Positions 62,481 to 64,000 of a DNA stretch of 64,000 nt are shown one piece after another. Made by a program: the position numbers and the translations under genes. Positions within the stretch are counted from its first letter, which is position 1. Each line of letters opens with the position of its first letter. The notes under the pieces are model-generated. The model was not told the origin of the DNA. It saw only the letters and a program-made list of their open reading frames with translations, and did no database searches. The DNA is from Epithemia pelagica (lineage: Eukaryota > Protista > Bacillariophyta), in NCBI GenBank assembly GCA_946965045.2, contig OX337230.1:1612001-1676000 (forward strand), written 5' to 3'.

Positions 62481-63398
62481 ATGAATGAGTTGCGGATGAT
62501 CTCCAGCTTCAATCAGCCAATGTCCGTGCCGCGACGGTGTGGAACAAAAGTCGTCGAGTTGGAAAAGAGGGTTTCATTTGCTATTGATTCTCCTATCCAT
62601 TGCGAGAGGGAAACTGAAAGACACGAGCTTGGTTCCCAGGTGGATTGTGAATTGGAAAAGAGGGTTTCTTTTTCGATTGATTCTTCTATTAACAGGGATT
62701 CTTCGCGAGTTGATCGTTTCCAGGTAGAATGTGCTCCTGGGAAGCTAACAGAAGACTCGGGTCACATATCGGAGGCTTCCTATGATCTTGCCTGGGACCG
62801 AGACCGGGGTTGGTCTCGGCGACGAGTAACCAACATCACAGAAAGTGATCATAGTTTACCGTTGGATGTACTAAACACTCCCATTCACGATGATCTCTCT
62901 GACAGGTATGTTTGAATGCCGCTTATAACAATATGAGTGAGCAAATCAAGTGTAGTATTGTGCTCATGAAATCTCTTTTGCTTTGTCGTTATGGGCAAAA
63001 GCATGTTGGAGGATATTGCCGGTAATGACGATTTTGCTCAGTGTTCGTTCGAGATTGATGAACTCAATGTTTCTAATGAGCTTCTGAGTTCCATGCCTTC
63101 TCAGTCCCCTTTGCAAGAGCTGAAACGAGGAGCCTTCCAGACTGGGAAAGGAGACAACGACATGAGTTTGCGGAGAAGAAGGAAAACATCTTTAGATATA
63201 ATGACAGAGAGTGAGGCGCAGGATGCACCCATAATAAAGTCAAAGAAGACTGCACTCTCAGATAGCGATGCCAAAGAAAAGCTGAAAACCGACCCACAAG
63301 TCCTTTTCATTGGAGAAATCATCCAGTCCCTGCGGATGATAAGTGATGATGAACACTCCTGCAGTTCAGACTCAAAAAGGCACCCTGAGGGAGGATGA
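62481..63398 (+). CDS. Hypothetical S/D/E/R-rich protein, possibly two exons, with duplicated KRVSF motif
   Basis: ORFs 62481-62915 and 62991-63398 with a good donor AG|GTATGT near 62906. The only in-frame acceptor found is a non-canonical AAG (63001). Internal 93-bp repeat. Confidence 0.3.
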
Positions 63399-64000
63399 AT
63401 GGATTGGTTGCTATTATGTGCATTGTCCAGAATCAAGATAGGTAACGGGACTCTTGTGATGACGCGGCCCTGAATGCTTGTGCTCCCCATTTGAACAAAG
63501 CCAGTGTACGCTGACAGAGGCAGCGAGCATACGGAGGGTAGCGCTTCTCAAAGGAATATGATGCAATGCAAACACAGGACATCAATGAATGACACAGAAA
63601 CGTGGTCGACAGTCGACCCAAACCGACCACATGATTAAGGTTTTTCGGGGGATGCCACCACAAAGTTTTGAGGGGCTGTTTAGTATATAATGCATTTTTA
63701 ATACTTTAGCGGGGAGACATTGAAACAATAGAGTCTAGTGGTCTATACTATGTCCGTCTTCTGGTTGTGTTGAGTGAACTCATGTGACCCTCATGATCCG
63801 AGAAGAGGTTATTGTGTTCCACAAGTCTCGGCTTCTGGAGCATTTCTTGCATGGAAAAATAGAGGCAGAGTGTTGCCGGGGTGTCGAGTCATGGACGGTC
63901 GTTCGACGCGTTGAAAGATGCGCAAGTTCCTGATCATCAACTGACTTCTTTCACCACAACCTTTTTTCGTTCCGATGTGAATTTATGCTCTCCCTTACGA

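Overview
Gene-dense eukaryotic nuclear DNA (roughly 45-50% GC by eye, about one gene per 2.3 kb, short 68-100 nt GT-AG introns). It is most likely from a diatom, an inference from the bipartite plastid-targeting presequences, a SET/aminopropyltransferase/AdoMetDC-like polyamine fusion gene, and diatom-type GPCR and GT92-like genes. There are about 26 host genes or disrupted genes. Well-supported calls include TYW3-Kelch, cereblon, cystinosin, an aldo-keto reductase, SEC12, an SDR, a protein methyltransferase, a GNAT, a 2Fe-2S ferredoxin-like protein, a GLTP-domain protein, a MINDY-like protein and an HSP90-N/DUF2009 fusion. The standout is a 3.9-kb mobile element at 44634-48576, bounded by 29-bp inverted repeats whose outermost bases are TA. 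It encodes a 5-exon, 853-aa tyrosine recombinase (Crypton-like) preceded by a possible spliced uORF in ATGA overlap. Directly beside it is a 174-bp inverted-repeat cassette that shares the ACTCCCTAT motif with the element end. Also present: a truncated transposase-like ORF at the window start, a TA-flanked MITE, two genes broken by nonsense or frameshift lesions, several apparent pseudoenzymes, and a recurrent CTAG-centred palindrome upstream of genes. All family assignments come from motif recognition by eye; no database search was run.
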